Assembly (NCBI GenBank): GCA_963782915.1
Contig: CAWALK010000024.1
Coordinates: 1-64,000 of the forward strand
Length of the DNA stretch: 64,000 bases
DNA from: an uncultured archaeon
Lineage (GTDB): Archaea > Thermoproteota > Bathyarchaeia > Bathyarchaeales > Bathycorpusculaceae
Direction: 5' to 3'
Under the pieces are notes generated by a model, which searched no databases, had not been told where the DNA came from, and saw only the letters and a list, made by a program, of their open reading frames with translations. Made by a program: the position numbers and the translations under genes. Of this stretch, positions 32,916 to 42,965 are shown piece after piece. How positions within the stretch are numbered: position 1 is the stretch's first letter; the number at the start of each line of letters is the position of its first letter.

Positions 32916-34745
32916 TTACTTTACTGTAACCGATTTCGCCAAGTTCCGTGGCATGTCAGGGTTTAAGCCCTTCTCAATCGCGGTATGGTACGCTAACAGT
33001 TGCAGTGGCACCGCATATGGGATAGGTGAGAGTATTGTTGGGATGCCTTTGGGTACTTCGATGTAGTCGTCGGCTAAGCTTTTGATTTCTTCGTCGTCTT
33101 CTTCTATGACTGCGATGATGTGTGCGCCTCGGGCTTTCATCTCCATGATGTTGCCGATTACGGTTCTGTGGGTGTCATCTTTGGGGCAAACGAACACGAC
33201 TGGGAAGCCGTCTTCGATTAGGCTGATTGGGCCATGTTTGCTTTCGCCTGCGGGGAACGCGATGGATGGGATGTAAGCGATTTCCATGAGTTTGAGTCTG
33301 CCTTCAAACGCGGTGGCGGTGCTTATGCCTCTGCCCAAGAAGAAGAACACTTTGGCGTCAACGTATTTTTTGGCGATCGCTTTAATTTTGTCTTCCTGTG
33401 TGGCTACGATGTATTCGACGTATTTGGGTAGTTCTTGGAGTTTTTCTTCTAAGAGGTCCATTTCGTCTTGGCTGATTTTTCCCCGTTTCTTTGAGAGTTT
33501 GAGCGCGAGTTGTGCTAGGACTGAGAGTTGGGAAGTGAAGGTTTTGGTTGCGGCGACGCCGATTTCTGGTCCTGCTTGGGTGCCGATGTAGACTCGGCTG
33601 ACTCGGGTGAGTGTGGAGCCGATGACGTTTGTTAAGCTCAAAACGGTTGCTGCACGTTGCTGGGCGCAGGTGACTGCTGCGATGGTATCTGCTGTTTCGC
33701 CGGATTGGCTAACTGCGAGGATGGTGCTGTCGATGTTTACTGATTTGCCGCATTGCTCCAGAAACTCTGACGCATAAACTGGGAAGGTTGGCAGGAACGC
33801 GAGTTTGCTGAACATGTAGGATGCTGCGAGACATGCATGGTAACTTGTTCCGCACGCTACTAGGAACACTTCGTTGGCGCGGTCCAAGAAGGTAGCAAGC
33901 AAATCCAAATAGTGATCCTGTATACGCAGGGTGTTGCGCAGGGTTTGGGGTTGCTCGTTGATTTCTTTAATCATGAAGTGCGGGTAACCCTGTTTAACCG
34001 CCATTTCAGCTGTCCATTCAATGGTGATTGGTTCCCGAGTGACTAGGCTGCCGTCACTGATTTTTTTGATTTCATATCCGTTAACAGTGAGGATAACGAG
34101 TTCACCGTTGTTAATCATAACAGCTTTGTTAGTTACATCGAGGAAGGCGGGTATGTCTGAAGCGCAGAAGACGCCGGTGTGGTTGATACCTAGAACCAGT
34201 GGGCTTTCGTTTCTTGCGCAGATGATTTTGTCCGGTTCACGGGTGGATATTATGGCGAAGGCGTAGGAACCTTCTACCCGTTTGAGGCTTTCCAGAACAG
34301 CCTGTTGAAGGGTTAATTGGGGGTTATGTTTCAGGGTTTCCTCGATGAGGTGTGGCATAACTTCTGTGTCGGTTTTTGAGACGAATGTGTGACCGAGGTT
34401 TATCAATTCGGCTTTTAGCTCAAGGAAGTTTTCGATGATGCCGTTGTGGACGACGACTATTTCGCCTTTGCAGTCGGTATGTGGGTGACTGTTAACTTTT
34501 AGGGGTGCACCATGGGTTGCCCAACGGGTGTGGCCGATGCCTATGCTGCCGGGCATGTCGTCGAGGTCTACGATTTTGTGGACTTCATCAATTTTACCTT
34601 GATCTTTTTTGATGAAAACTTTGCCGTCGCTTAGTGTGGCGATGCCCACTGAGTCATAGCCGCGGTACTCTAGATGTTTGAGAGAAGAATGAATTAGGGG
34701 AGCAGCGTTACCTTCTTTTAGAACACAACCGAATATTCCACACAT
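32916..34745 (-). CDS. glmS: glutamine-fructose-6-phosphate transaminase
   Basis: MCGIFG, GHTRWATHG, SQSGETADT, PRNLAKSVTV. Confidence 0.97.
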   Translation of the reverse strand: MCGIFGCVLKEGNAAPLIHSSLKHLEYRGYDSVGIATLSDGKVFIKKDQGKIDEVHKIVDLDDMPGSIGIGHTRWATHGAPLKVNSHPHTDCKGEIVVVHNGIIENFLELKAELINLGHTFVSKTDTEVMPHLIEETLKHNPQLTLQQAVLESLKRVEGSYAFAIISTREPDKIICARNESPLVLGINHTGVFCASDIPAFLDVTNKAVMINNGELVILTVNGYEIKKISDGSLVTREPITIEWTAEMAVKQGYPHFMIKEINEQPQTLRNTLRIQDHYLDLLATFLDRANEVFLVACGTSYHACLAASYMFSKLAFLPTFPVYASEFLEQCGKSVNIDSTILAVSQSGETADTIAAVTCAQQRAATVLSLTNVIGSTLTRVSRVYIGTQAGPEIGVAATKTFTSQLSVLAQLALKLSKKRGKISQDEMDLLEEKLQELPKYVEYIVATQEDKIKAIAKKYVDAKVFFFLGRGISTATAFEGRLKLMEIAYIPSIAFPAGESKHGPISLIEDGFPVVFVCPKDDTHRTVIGNIMEMKARGAHIIAVIEEDDEEIKSLADDYIEVPKGIPTILSPIPYAVPLQLLAYHTAIEKGLNPDMPRNLAKSVTVK

Positions 34746-34967
34746 ACCTTTTCGAAGCCTTCACTAAATTCTTATTCAGCATCCATGGGCTGAATATTGC
34801 ATATAAGGTTTTTTAATATTCAAGTTTGAGTGCTACAACTTTTTTGTTAGCTGTTACGCCTGATTTTGCAGTTATCCCCAGTATATACAGCAATTTTTTC
34901 CCGAAAATCCTCGACCGTTATAAATAAATTTTTTATACTACCTGCACAGTTAGAGCCTTGAATAGCC

Positions 34968-35930
34968 ATGGACAAAAAACTGCTCCTCCAAGACGACGGC
35001 AAAACCCAACAAGTAAAAGACATAGCCATTCTAACCGACGCTCAAAACCTAAAAATGATGCTTGGCAGCTTAAGCTGGAAAATCCTCACTATACTCTCCC
35101 AAAAAGAAATGTATCCCTTAGAAATCGCCAAGCAACTGGGCATGCATGAACAAAAAGTGTACTATCACATACGCAAATTAGCCAAAGCCGGAGCCATAAC
35201 CGTTGTCCGAGAAGAGAACAAGAAAGGTGCCACAGCAAAATACTACAAAACCGCTTCACCCGCGTTTGGTGTAGAATTTGCTTATGGCTACAGACCCATC
35301 CAGAACATGTGCATGCTTGGCATAAGCGATCAACTCCAAGAGTTCTTCAAAGAATTCATCCACGAAGGCACCTTCGACGGCAAAATCGTGGTTGGCAGCC
35401 CATTGGCACATGGACCCTTTAAAACCAGCGCCCGAGACGGCCACTATGCTGCGCATTTAGCGCTTTTTCTGGGGCAATTTGCCAAGATGCCCACCGAGTT
35501 TGCGGTGAAGCTGGACGTTGATGTTAAAGTTGAGAAGGAAGAGAAGAACAACCTCATCTTAGTCGGCGGCCCCGGAACTAATTTGTTAACGCAGGAAATC
35601 AACGAGTATTTGCCTATCAAATTTAATATGCAGTCCTCTGCGCAGGGTTTCTTGCTGGGTGGTTTATCCTCGCAGAAGACAGGGCAAAATTACACTTCAG
35701 ACGTTACGGGGTTGGTTGCGAAGATTGTGAATCCATGGGATAATTCCAAGCGGATCATCATTTTAGCAGGCAACAAGGCTGTGGGAACCAAAGCTTGCGT
35801 GATTGCCTTGACTAATTTCTGGAAAAAAACCCTTGAGAAATATAAAGGGGAAGATACCTTTGCAGTGGTCATTGTTGGTTTTGATTTAGATGGCGACGGC
35901 AAAGTTGATTCAATTGAGGTGCGCGAGTAA
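34968..35930 (+). CDS. ArsR-like HTH protein fused to an NLILVGGP-type domain
   Basis: EIAKQLG..Q.VYYHI.KL..AG; NLILVGGPGTN; DLDGDGKVD. Confidence 0.8.
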   Translation: MDKKLLLQDDGKTQQVKDIAILTDAQNLKMMLGSLSWKILTILSQKEMYPLEIAKQLGMHEQKVYYHIRKLAKAGAITVVREENKKGATAKYYKTASPAFGVEFAYGYRPIQNMCMLGISDQLQEFFKEFIHEGTFDGKIVVGSPLAHGPFKTSARDGHYAAHLALFLGQFAKMPTEFAVKLDVDVKVEKEEKNNLILVGGPGTNLLTQEINEYLPIKFNMQSSAQGFLLGGLSSQKTGQNYTSDVTGLVAKIVNPWDNSKRIIILAGNKAVGTKACVIALTNFWKKTLEKYKGEDTFAVVIVGFDLDGDGKVDSIEVRE

Positions 35931-35933
35931 ATA

Positions 35934-36368
35934 ATGGTGCCAAAAAAAATAGTTGAAGTCATTCATGCGTTTGGGCACCCGAACATTCGGTCAAGTCACC
36001 CAACCACACTTATGATCACCAAAGAAAGGCAGGTTACACAAAGAGGCGACTGTGTAGTAGCGGTGGATGCCGACAAATCAGTGGCGGATTTAAGCCCAGA
36101 ATTCAAGAAGGCCATGCGGCAGCCAAACGCTAAATTAACTATCCAGCTCGAAGTGGACGGTTTAGTGGGGCAAATAAACGCTTATGGCTCCCCCGAGTTG
36201 ACGCTAAACCATCCGAACGATTTGGTGATACGAACAAGCGAGTTCCTCTCAGATAGAACCTTAGCTGTAAAAGCGGACAAAGCTTCAGGTGACCTCTCAA
36301 AAGCAGTTGTGGAAAAACTAAAAAACCCAAAACAAAAGGTCACCTTAACTTTAACTGTGGAAGCCTAA
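35934..36368 (+). CDS. DUF371 protein
   Basis: GHPNI...HPTT..ITKE..T.RGDC. Confidence 0.88.
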   Translation: MVPKKIVEVIHAFGHPNIRSSHPTTLMITKERQVTQRGDCVVAVDADKSVADLSPEFKKAMRQPNAKLTIQLEVDGLVGQINAYGSPELTLNHPNDLVIRTSEFLSDRTLAVKADKASGDLSKAVVEKLKNPKQKVTLTLTVEA

Positions 36369-36371
36369 CAA

Positions 36372-36581
36372 TTAGGGCTGCGTTAATACCATATAGTAGG
36401 TTGTTAGGGCAGCGGCTGCGGTGAAGCACATTAAACCAGCCAACGTCACCACATTATTCGCCATTACCTGACCGATTGCAATCAAGGCTGCAAAGACAGC
36501 GTACAACGCAACTATAGCCAGCTTTAGCAGCAAGAGCTTTTTTCGGCTCTGTCCCTGCTGCTCCTCAGGTAGTTGTACCAT
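36372..36581 (-). CDS. small 2-TM membrane protein
   Basis: Start overlaps the PAP2 stop; two hydrophobic helices. Confidence 0.6.
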   Translation of the reverse strand: MVQLPEEQQGQSRKKLLLLKLAIVALYAVFAALIAIGQVMANNVVTLAGLMCFTAAAALTTYYMVLTQP

Positions 36582-37273
36582 TACTTTTCACCTACCTCTT
36601 GTAATATCGTTACCGCTGGGACGGCGCCATGCTTCTTGAGTTGCCAGTCCGCTAAAGATTCGATAACCAATACCGTTGCAGTTACAATGAACAATGCCAG
36701 GAAGGGCGCTGCAATGATATCGCTTAACCAATGAATATTCAGGTATAGCCTGTCAAGCGCCATCAAGACCCCCAAAACAGGCGTTATAATCGCGAAGAGC
36801 TTCAGCGAGGGCTTTTGGTTCTGGTAAGCGAAATAGGTCAACATACCCAAAAGCACCAAAATACTTGTCAAGTGCCCGCTTGGGAAAGAAAAGTCGCCCT
36901 CAGGAATGAGGCTGTTGAAGGGTCTTGGTGAAGCTACCGTTGTTTTGAGTATTTGAAGCAGAAGTGCGTCAGCAGCCATTGCGCCAAGTAGCATTAAGCC
37001 ATTTTTAGTTTCTTTTCTATAGAGAAAGTAACTTGCTACAGGCAGTGAGATGATAAGCAGTACAGTTGTGTCGAAGATGTTGAGTGCTTCTGCAGCCTGC
37101 GTTAAGTTTTGGCTCTGGATAGTTGTAATCCAAGAATTAAACCCTAAATTCACAGCTTCAAAGGAGCCTCTTGAGATGAGGATTCCAAGAAAGCAAAGCA
37201 GAGACAACAAGGCAACTGTAAGGAGAGTGTAGTTCTTTGTTAGTTTGCGTGGTTTTTGGTTATTGATACTCAT
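36581..37273 (-). CDS. PAP2 family phosphatase
   Basis: K..RP, SFPSGH, RLYL..HW.SD. Confidence 0.9.
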   Translation of the reverse strand: MSINNQKPRKLTKNYTLLTVALLSLLCFLGILISRGSFEAVNLGFNSWITTIQSQNLTQAAEALNIFDTTVLLIISLPVASYFLYRKETKNGLMLLGAMAADALLLQILKTTVASPRPFNSLIPEGDFSFPSGHLTSILVLLGMLTYFAYQNQKPSLKLFAIITPVLGVLMALDRLYLNIHWLSDIIAAPFLALFIVTATVLVIESLADWQLKKHGAVPAVTILQEVGEK

Positions 37274-37382
37274 TGGCTTTTCACGGTGTTACGAGATACC
37301 GTTAGCCGATTATAGCCCTACCATTAAGAGCTTGGACTCTAACAGTTAGAGTTGTAGAGACTAAATCTCGAACAGGGATTAT

Positions 37383-38453
37383 TTAGCGGATTGCTGCATC
37401 TAGAACAATCTGTGACTCAAACGGCGCAGTCTCCCGAATGCTCCTGGCAAGCAGAAAATACGCCACTGTTCTGCCATTCTGCTCAACCTTCTCTGTGAAG
37501 CGCTGTTTCAAGTTCTCAATTGTATCTGGCTGACGTACAAAACCATAGAAATGCACGACTCCACCCTCTGGCTTGATTGCGTTGCAGGCGGCATCCACAA
37601 AATCTATGGCTGTCTCAGGCAGGTTCATGATGACTCTGTCAGCTGTGCCTTTGAGTTTGCCAGCCGCGATTTCTCGGGCATCGGCACAAATCGGGAAAAC
37701 ATGGCTATCAACCCTGTTAACCCGCACATTCACCTTGAGCAACTCCACTGCGTCAGGGTTCAAATCAACAGCATACACTTTAGCCATCGGAGCCTTTTTG
37801 CCAATCAGCACCGAAAACGGCCCCACACCAGCAAACAAATCTGCCACAACCTCGCCCGATTGCACCAACCCAGCTACCCGTTCATGCTCATGGCTGAGTC
37901 GAGGGGAAAAGTACGCTTTGGCTATGTCAACGTAGTATTGGCAGCCGAATTCTTTGTGGATTGTTTGGGTTTTGTGTTCGCCTGCAATGAAGTCATAGTC
38001 CCGTACACGGAAAATACCGCTAATATCGCCTGCTTTAGCCAGAACTGTTTTAACGTTTTTTTGGGTGTGTAGAATTGCCTCGCCGATCTCGTTCTGGTAA
38101 GCTTTGAGTTTGGGTGGGATGTCGATTACGACTATGTCGCCTATGATGTCGAAGGCTTGAGGAACACTATCGAGCAATTCAGTGGGCAGTTTGTCTTGGA
38201 GTGCTTGGGTCAGGGTTTCTGGGGGAAGCTGTTTTTCGCTGAAAACAGCGGTGTAAACTGTGAATTTTGGTATCTGGCTTTTTAGAGTCGCTAACTCGAT
38301 GCCCATGGGTTCCCTAACCAAGGGAATGATGAGGTTGTCTTCTTCTCGTTGAATAACCAGTGATTTGTCGGCGAGCTCCATTTTGGTTGCTAAAGTTATG
38401 GTTTTTTCGCCTTGACTTTTCGGGACCTTGATGCAAACAGACGGTTTAGGCAT
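37383..38453 (-). CDS. trm5: tRNA (guanine37-N1)-methyltransferase Trm5
   Basis: FDIIGDI, YFSPRL..E, DLFAGVGPF, VIMNLP. Confidence 0.9.
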   Translation of the reverse strand: MPKPSVCIKVPKSQGEKTITLATKMELADKSLVIQREEDNLIIPLVREPMGIELATLKSQIPKFTVYTAVFSEKQLPPETLTQALQDKLPTELLDSVPQAFDIIGDIVVIDIPPKLKAYQNEIGEAILHTQKNVKTVLAKAGDISGIFRVRDYDFIAGEHKTQTIHKEFGCQYYVDIAKAYFSPRLSHEHERVAGLVQSGEVVADLFAGVGPFSVLIGKKAPMAKVYAVDLNPDAVELLKVNVRVNRVDSHVFPICADAREIAAGKLKGTADRVIMNLPETAIDFVDAACNAIKPEGGVVHFYGFVRQPDTIENLKQRFTEKVEQNGRTVAYFLLARSIRETAPFESQIVLDAAIR

Positions 38454-38459
38454 GAGTGT

Positions 38460-39495
38460 TCAGCTTTTCTCTATTCGATAGAGGTTGTTTACCTTTTCGA
38501 TGGTGAATTGGGCGTTTAACATTTTTTCCATGAGCCAAATGTTGGATTCTATGTGTTCAGAGATGGCTCGGGTGAGGAACGCGGATTTGCCCGTCGGCTA
38601 GTGCCATGTAGGGTATGAGCATGTCGGCGAGGTATTCATCCACCGTTGGTTTGGCGGATAGTTCGGTTATGAGGGTTTGGGCGGCTTGTTTGCCGACGTC
38701 TTCTGCCATTTTGCGGAGTTCACCGATGGAGTCGGCGCCAACGATTACGCCTGTGTCAGTTTCAGCCCACAATACGATGGAGCTGCCTTTCTGGATGGGG
38801 TTTGATTGGTCGTTTACGATTTGGATGTCTGCTTTGTAGCCATTTTGACCCAGAACGTTTTGGGCGCCTTTGGCTTGACGTTCAGCCACTTGCCTATCAG
38901 CCAAAAATGTGCAAACCGAGGCGCCCTTTATGGATTTGAGGGTGCCAAACTTTTCGAGCGCAAACGGTTTCATGTTGGGGTTTGGCTTCACAGTTAAGGT
39001 TGCTTCGCCCATGCCTTTGGGATAGTAACCGTATTTTTGAACGGTGATTTCCGCTGCAACGCCCATCTTGCTAAGAGTTGGCAGGAGCACGTTTCGCAGG
39101 TAGTTGATGGTTGGCGCGTGGGTGGTGTCTGTTCCGCCTTTTGCCACATGGACCTTCACTGGGGTTTGGGCGAATAGGCAGATGGGCAGTGTAGATAGGA
39201 ACAGCATTGGGATGCTTCCAGCTGTTTCAATAACAGCCTCTACATTGCCGCCTTTAATCTCACGGGGTGTAACCCAGAGTTCCCTTGAACCCAGCGATGC
39301 CCCTTTTACTTCTGCATTGCAGAGTTTAGCGGCTGTCAACACTGATTCGAGGTGCTGATGCTTCAACCCTGGCTGCGGGCGGTTCTGGCGAATGTTAGTG
39401 ATGTGCAGAGGCTGCCCTTTGATGGCGGCTATTGCTATGGATAAGCGCAGTATGGTGCCGCTTCCGCTTTTTTGGCTCCCATCAATCTCGATCAT
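38460..39495 (-). CDS. rtcA: RNA 3'-terminal phosphate cyclase (1 frameshift)
   Basis: IEIDGS..G.G.ILR, NIR.NR..PGL..QHL, GGTD, GYYPKG.G, VD.YLAD.L. Confidence 0.92.
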
Positions 39496-39620
39496 ATGGT
39501 TTCTTCTATAGCGGGACTGGCTAAAATATAGAATAGTTACTAGATCAATGGTACTGCCCAAAGTGGAGGACTCTTGGTGTCAATCATACGGTTGCTTAAG
39601 TCTTAAATATAGCTAATTCA

Positions 39621-39751
39621 GATATGGTTGTGGGGTGAAGAGCGCCTGTGATGCATGCCTTTGCGTCTCAACATTGGAGAAAGTGTTGAGTACTCGCATG
39701 CTTGAGTAGGAACAGTCTCACCCTTTAGCTTCTCCGACATGCAGCCATATC
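39621..39751 (+). ncRNA. candidate structured RNA with two possible pseudoknots
   Basis: 11-bp closing stem, nested stems, and two hairpin loops with complementary partners; G-U pairs favour the + strand. Confidence 0.55.
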
Positions 39752-39866
39752 CACAACCAGCCCACAACCCAAACCAGACGCTGAACCCAAACCAAAATTG
39801 CCAACTCAATCGATTGGTTGTTGTTGTGTATAGGGGCTTTTCGCCAACAACACACTGATAAAAAAC
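39752..39866 (+). repeat. ~115-bp dispersed element, homologous to 60790-60904 (-)
   Basis: CACAACC.GCC..CAACCCA then TGGTTGTTGTTG..AGGGG..CAACAAC at identical spacing in both copies. Confidence 0.6.
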
Positions 39867-40006
39867 AATTCACCTCCCACAAAATTATGCTATCAAGCGG
39901 CAAGCGTGCACCTAAAACATTCTTCGCCTAACAAACGCCCACCCCATCAGTTAACACCACAATGAATGCAGCCCTTAAACGTCGTAAACTATGCAGACGT
40001 TGAGCC

Positions 40007-40042
40007 TATAAATAAGGGAGGGGGTAGGTCGGCAGAGCAATA
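40007..40042 (+). repeat. TATA-G-rich-GAGCAA dispersed repeat
   Basis: TATAAATAAGGGAGGGGGTAGGTCGGCAGAGCAAT. Confidence 0.75.
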
Positions 40043-40150
40043 GTACCTAACACAAACAACCAATAAACACTGCTACAGAACATTTGGCTAAAAGCTGCAA
40101 ATAATTTATTAAGCGTCCGAGATTACTTAGCAGTTTAAGAGGGAGCCAAA

Positions 40151-40606
40151 GTGAGCAGTGACAAAGAAAAACTCAATCAACTTCTAGCTAAAGTCGAAGA
40201 AATCAATGCTACAATGAACAAGATGTCTGAGGAGTTGCGTTCGGTTTCTGCTTCTCTTAAGTCACTTGCTGTTGGGCAAATTACTCAGCCACCAACCGTC
40301 CATGTTACGGCTTCACCAAAGCCTGCCTCTGCACCCATCCATACACCCTCGCCACCTGCAGTTACGGCTCCAGCATCTGAGGGTTCAAAATTGAGGTCAC
40401 TAGATGACATCCGCATGTCGTTCCCAGAAGAACTCGAAGCACGCCTCAGCTTCGAAGAAAAAGGCGAATACATCATAATCAAACCCAAACAGTTCTTAGG
40501 CTCAGATAACTTCGCCAAAATCGCTGCAGCTTCACGGGGAATGGGCGGAGAATACATCAGTTTGGGCAAAGACTCGCATTTCAGGATACCCAAAAAGAAA
40601 GCCTAA
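40151..40606 (+). CDS. hypothetical protein (coiled coil, P/A linker, small C-terminal domain)
   Basis: FPEELE..L.F..I.P.QFLGS.NFAKI..GGEYIS.GK.SHFRIP. Confidence 0.75.
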   Translation: MSSDKEKLNQLLAKVEEINATMNKMSEELRSVSASLKSLAVGQITQPPTVHVTASPKPASAPIHTPSPPAVTAPASEGSKLRSLDDIRMSFPEELEARLSFEEKGEYIIIKPKQFLGSDNFAKIAAASRGMGGEYISLGKDSHFRIPKKKA

Positions 40607-41146
40607 ACTCATTTGATATGCTTGCCCAACGTCAGAAGCTTCATTTAGCACATGTGGCTGCGATTTAACTTCCGCCTTCTCAGAAGCCTTTGGCAACAGT
40701 ACGCTGATTATGTCCATTTCTAAATATTTGAATGATAAATTAAACATGCCCACGATGTGGTTGCATGCGTCTGCGCCTTCTTCGGATGGAATAACCAGAA
40801 TAGCTTTTTTGCCGCTTAACTTTTTAGATTCGATAAAAGGACGCAACCTGTCGAGCAGCAGCTTCATTTTGGCAGTGGGACCATACCAATATAGGGGTGT
40901 TCCGAAAACGATAACGTCGGCTTCTTCAAGTTTAGGATAAAGACTCTGCATGCCATCTTTTAGGACACATTGGAGGTTGCCTTTTTTGCATGCTCTACAA
41001 TCAACACATGGAGCAATATCAACACTGTAAAGATACACTTTTTCGGTCGCATGCTTGTTCTTGGCTGCACCTTCAAGAATAGCGCTGACAAGCAAGTCGG
41101 TGTTGCTGTCTTTTCGGGGGCTGCCCACTAAACCCAATATCTTCAT
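40532..41146 (-). CDS. flavodoxin-like NADPH-dependent FMN reductase / iron-sulfur flavoprotein
   Basis: GSPR..SNT, C..C..C..C, GTPLYW; true stop probably ~40609 (likely indel). Confidence 0.88.
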   Translation of the reverse strand: MKILGLVGSPRKDSNTDLLVSAILEGAAKNKHATEKVYLYSVDIAPCVDCRACKKGNLQCVLKDGMQSLYPKLEEADVIVFGTPLYWYGPTAKMKLLLDRLRPFIESKKLSGKKAILVIPSEEGADACNHIVGMFNLSFKYLEMDIISVLLPKASEKAEVKSQPHVLNEASDVGQAYQMSLGFLFGYPEMRVFAQTDVFSAHSP

Positions 41147-41184
41147 AATGCTTCTATAGTGTGGTTTCGGATTTTAATTTACCG

Positions 41185-41463
41185 TTAGTAAGCTATAGAG
41201 AAGTTTTGGAATTCTTCCTTGAATGGTTCCCAATCCACGGTTATATCTGTGACTGAGGCACCTTTTGGACCTTTTTTGCAAAATTCTACCACTGCCTTAA
41301 CCGCTTCTTCTTCACCCTCAAAAACAGCTTCCACACGGCCATCTTCTAAATTTTTAACCCAGCCCATGACCCCTTGGCTTTGAGCTTGTCTTTTCGTGTT
41401 TTGCCTAAAGAAAACGCCTTGAACTTTGCCGCTTACGAGTACGTGTGCTCTGGTTTTTGCCAT
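41185..41463 (-). CDS. acyP: acylphosphatase
   Basis: GKVQGVFFR, GWVKNL.DG.VE. Confidence 0.93.
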   Translation of the reverse strand: MAKTRAHVLVSGKVQGVFFRQNTKRQAQSQGVMGWVKNLEDGRVEAVFEGEEEAVKAVVEFCKKGPKGASVTDITVDWEPFKEEFQNFSIAY

Positions 41464-41489
41464 AATCAATCCGTTTATCTGAAGCTATT

Positions 41490-41961
41490 TTAATACATAC
41501 GTTTGGGCTTGATGTTTTCTCCAACGGACAAAAGAAAAAGCGCTGCCGTGGTTGGACCTATGCGTTCGAAGCAGTCGGCTAATGCTTTGGTGACTTTGGC
41601 ATAGTTGTCGGATTTGTCCAAGCTGTCTAGGTAGGCTTGGAAGGAGCCATATTGGCGCCTTATTTGCTGGAATTTCTTTGCGTTCTCGATTATGGCATGG
41701 ATTTTGTATTTGTTGCGGATTATACCCTTGTCGTTTAAGAGCTGTTTTACGTCGGTCGTCATTGAAGGCGGCTATGCGGTCAACGTTAAAGCCCAAGAAA
41801 GCTGTCTTTATAGTTGGCCATTTCTTTTCAACAACACTCCAATTTAAGCCAGTCTGGAAAATAATTCGGCACAAATTCTCAAAATATAAATCATCACTAG
41901 ACGGCCGCCTGTCACAATACCACCATGCAGGGTAATGCTCAGTTTGGTTCTGCCCCGACAT
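41490..41961 (-). CDS. DNA-3-methyladenine glycosylase I-like protein (1 frameshift)
   Basis: FQTGLNW..V.KK, GIIRN..KI.A, GPT.A..FL. Confidence 0.82.
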
Positions 41962-41977
41962 AGTTAACCTGCTTTAA

Positions 41978-42457
41978 TCAGTGCCCCCACACATCGATGT
42001 CTTCACCCACAGTATAGAGAAAAGTGCTCGCCGAAGGTGGCCCCAACCATTTAAAATTGTTAACAAGCGTCTTCACAGCTTTCGCATAATTGTCTGATTT
42101 GTCGATGCTGTCGAGGTATTTTTGGAATGAACCGTACTGTTTTTCGATGGCTGTGAAGGTTTGGGCGTTACGGATTATCGCTTTGATTTTGCCTCTGTTT
42201 CGGATTATGCCGCTGTCTTTCAGTAGGCATTCTACGTCTTCATCAGTGAAGCAAGCGACTTTTTGAATATCAAAATTTAGGAAGGCTTCTTTTATGGTGG
42301 ACCATTTCTTGTCAACTACTTGCCAGTTTAAGCCCGCTTGAAAAATTACTCGGCACATATTCTCAAAATACGCCGCATCGTTTGCGGGCCGTTTATTTCT
42401 GTACCACCAATCAGGCGGCTGCCAACTTTCATGTTCCTGCTGCATAGACGTTGCCAT
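41978..42457 (-). CDS. DNA-3-methyladenine glycosylase I-like protein
   Basis: FQAGLNW, IIRNRGKIKA, FKWLGP. Confidence 0.85.
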   Translation of the reverse strand: MATSMQQEHESWQPPDWWYRNKRPANDAAYFENMCRVIFQAGLNWQVVDKKWSTIKEAFLNFDIQKVACFTDEDVECLLKDSGIIRNRGKIKAIIRNAQTFTAIEKQYGSFQKYLDSIDKSDNYAKAVKTLVNNFKWLGPPSASTFLYTVGEDIDVWGH

Positions 42458-42629
42458 TGAAGCTCACTAAAGATTAGGGGTTTAGTGGCTTGATTTAAGC
42501 AGTTGTGGTAGCGCCGACACACCCACTGCCTGCTTTCACTTTCATCGACCCCTCTGCTGATTGGTAAAGTCGTTTCTGGAATTGCCTTAAAAGAGATTTC
42601 AACTGATTGAAAAGCCTGGTGAATATGGT

Positions 42630-42965
42630 ATGTTTAAGGGGAACTCTGGCAAACTCATGGTTTATACTTCAACGGGTCTTCCAAGCAAAGAACGCTTAGA
42701 ATCCGTACGAGACGCAGCCAAAGAAACAGCGAAACGGTTGAATCTGGATTTTGAAATTGTACGTTTCGAGCGATCAAGTACCCCAATATATGTTTACTAT
42801 GAAGAAAACGATGGGGAACCAATCCCACTCTACTGTGACGAAGGCAAAATTTCAGGTTATGAGGAAATAAGCAGTGCCTTGAGGCACATGATGTTTGTTT
42901 TGTCTTTCCATCCTAAGCATCTGGCGTTGGCTCAGATGCGGGGCGAATTGCTTAAACTTTCCTAA
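42630..42965 (+). CDS. hypothetical protein
   Basis: 111-aa ORF after GGTGA. Confidence 0.7.
   Translation: MFKGNSGKLMVYTSTGLPSKERLESVRDAAKETAKRLNLDFEIVRFERSSTPIYVYYEENDGEPIPLYCDEGKISGYEEISSALRHMMFVLSFHPKHLALAQMRGELLKLS

Noticed and set aside
29627-39740. 10-nt complementarity (ATGTCGGAGA/TCTCCGACAT) between the C/D RNA and the 39.6-kb RNA
   Set aside because: It spans the D' box rather than a guide, and a single 10-mer match is not distinguishable from chance.
39621-39960. RNase P RNA, SRP RNA, glmS ribozyme or canonical c-di-AMP riboswitch
   Set aside because: The required conserved regions or their order are missing; only isolated words match.
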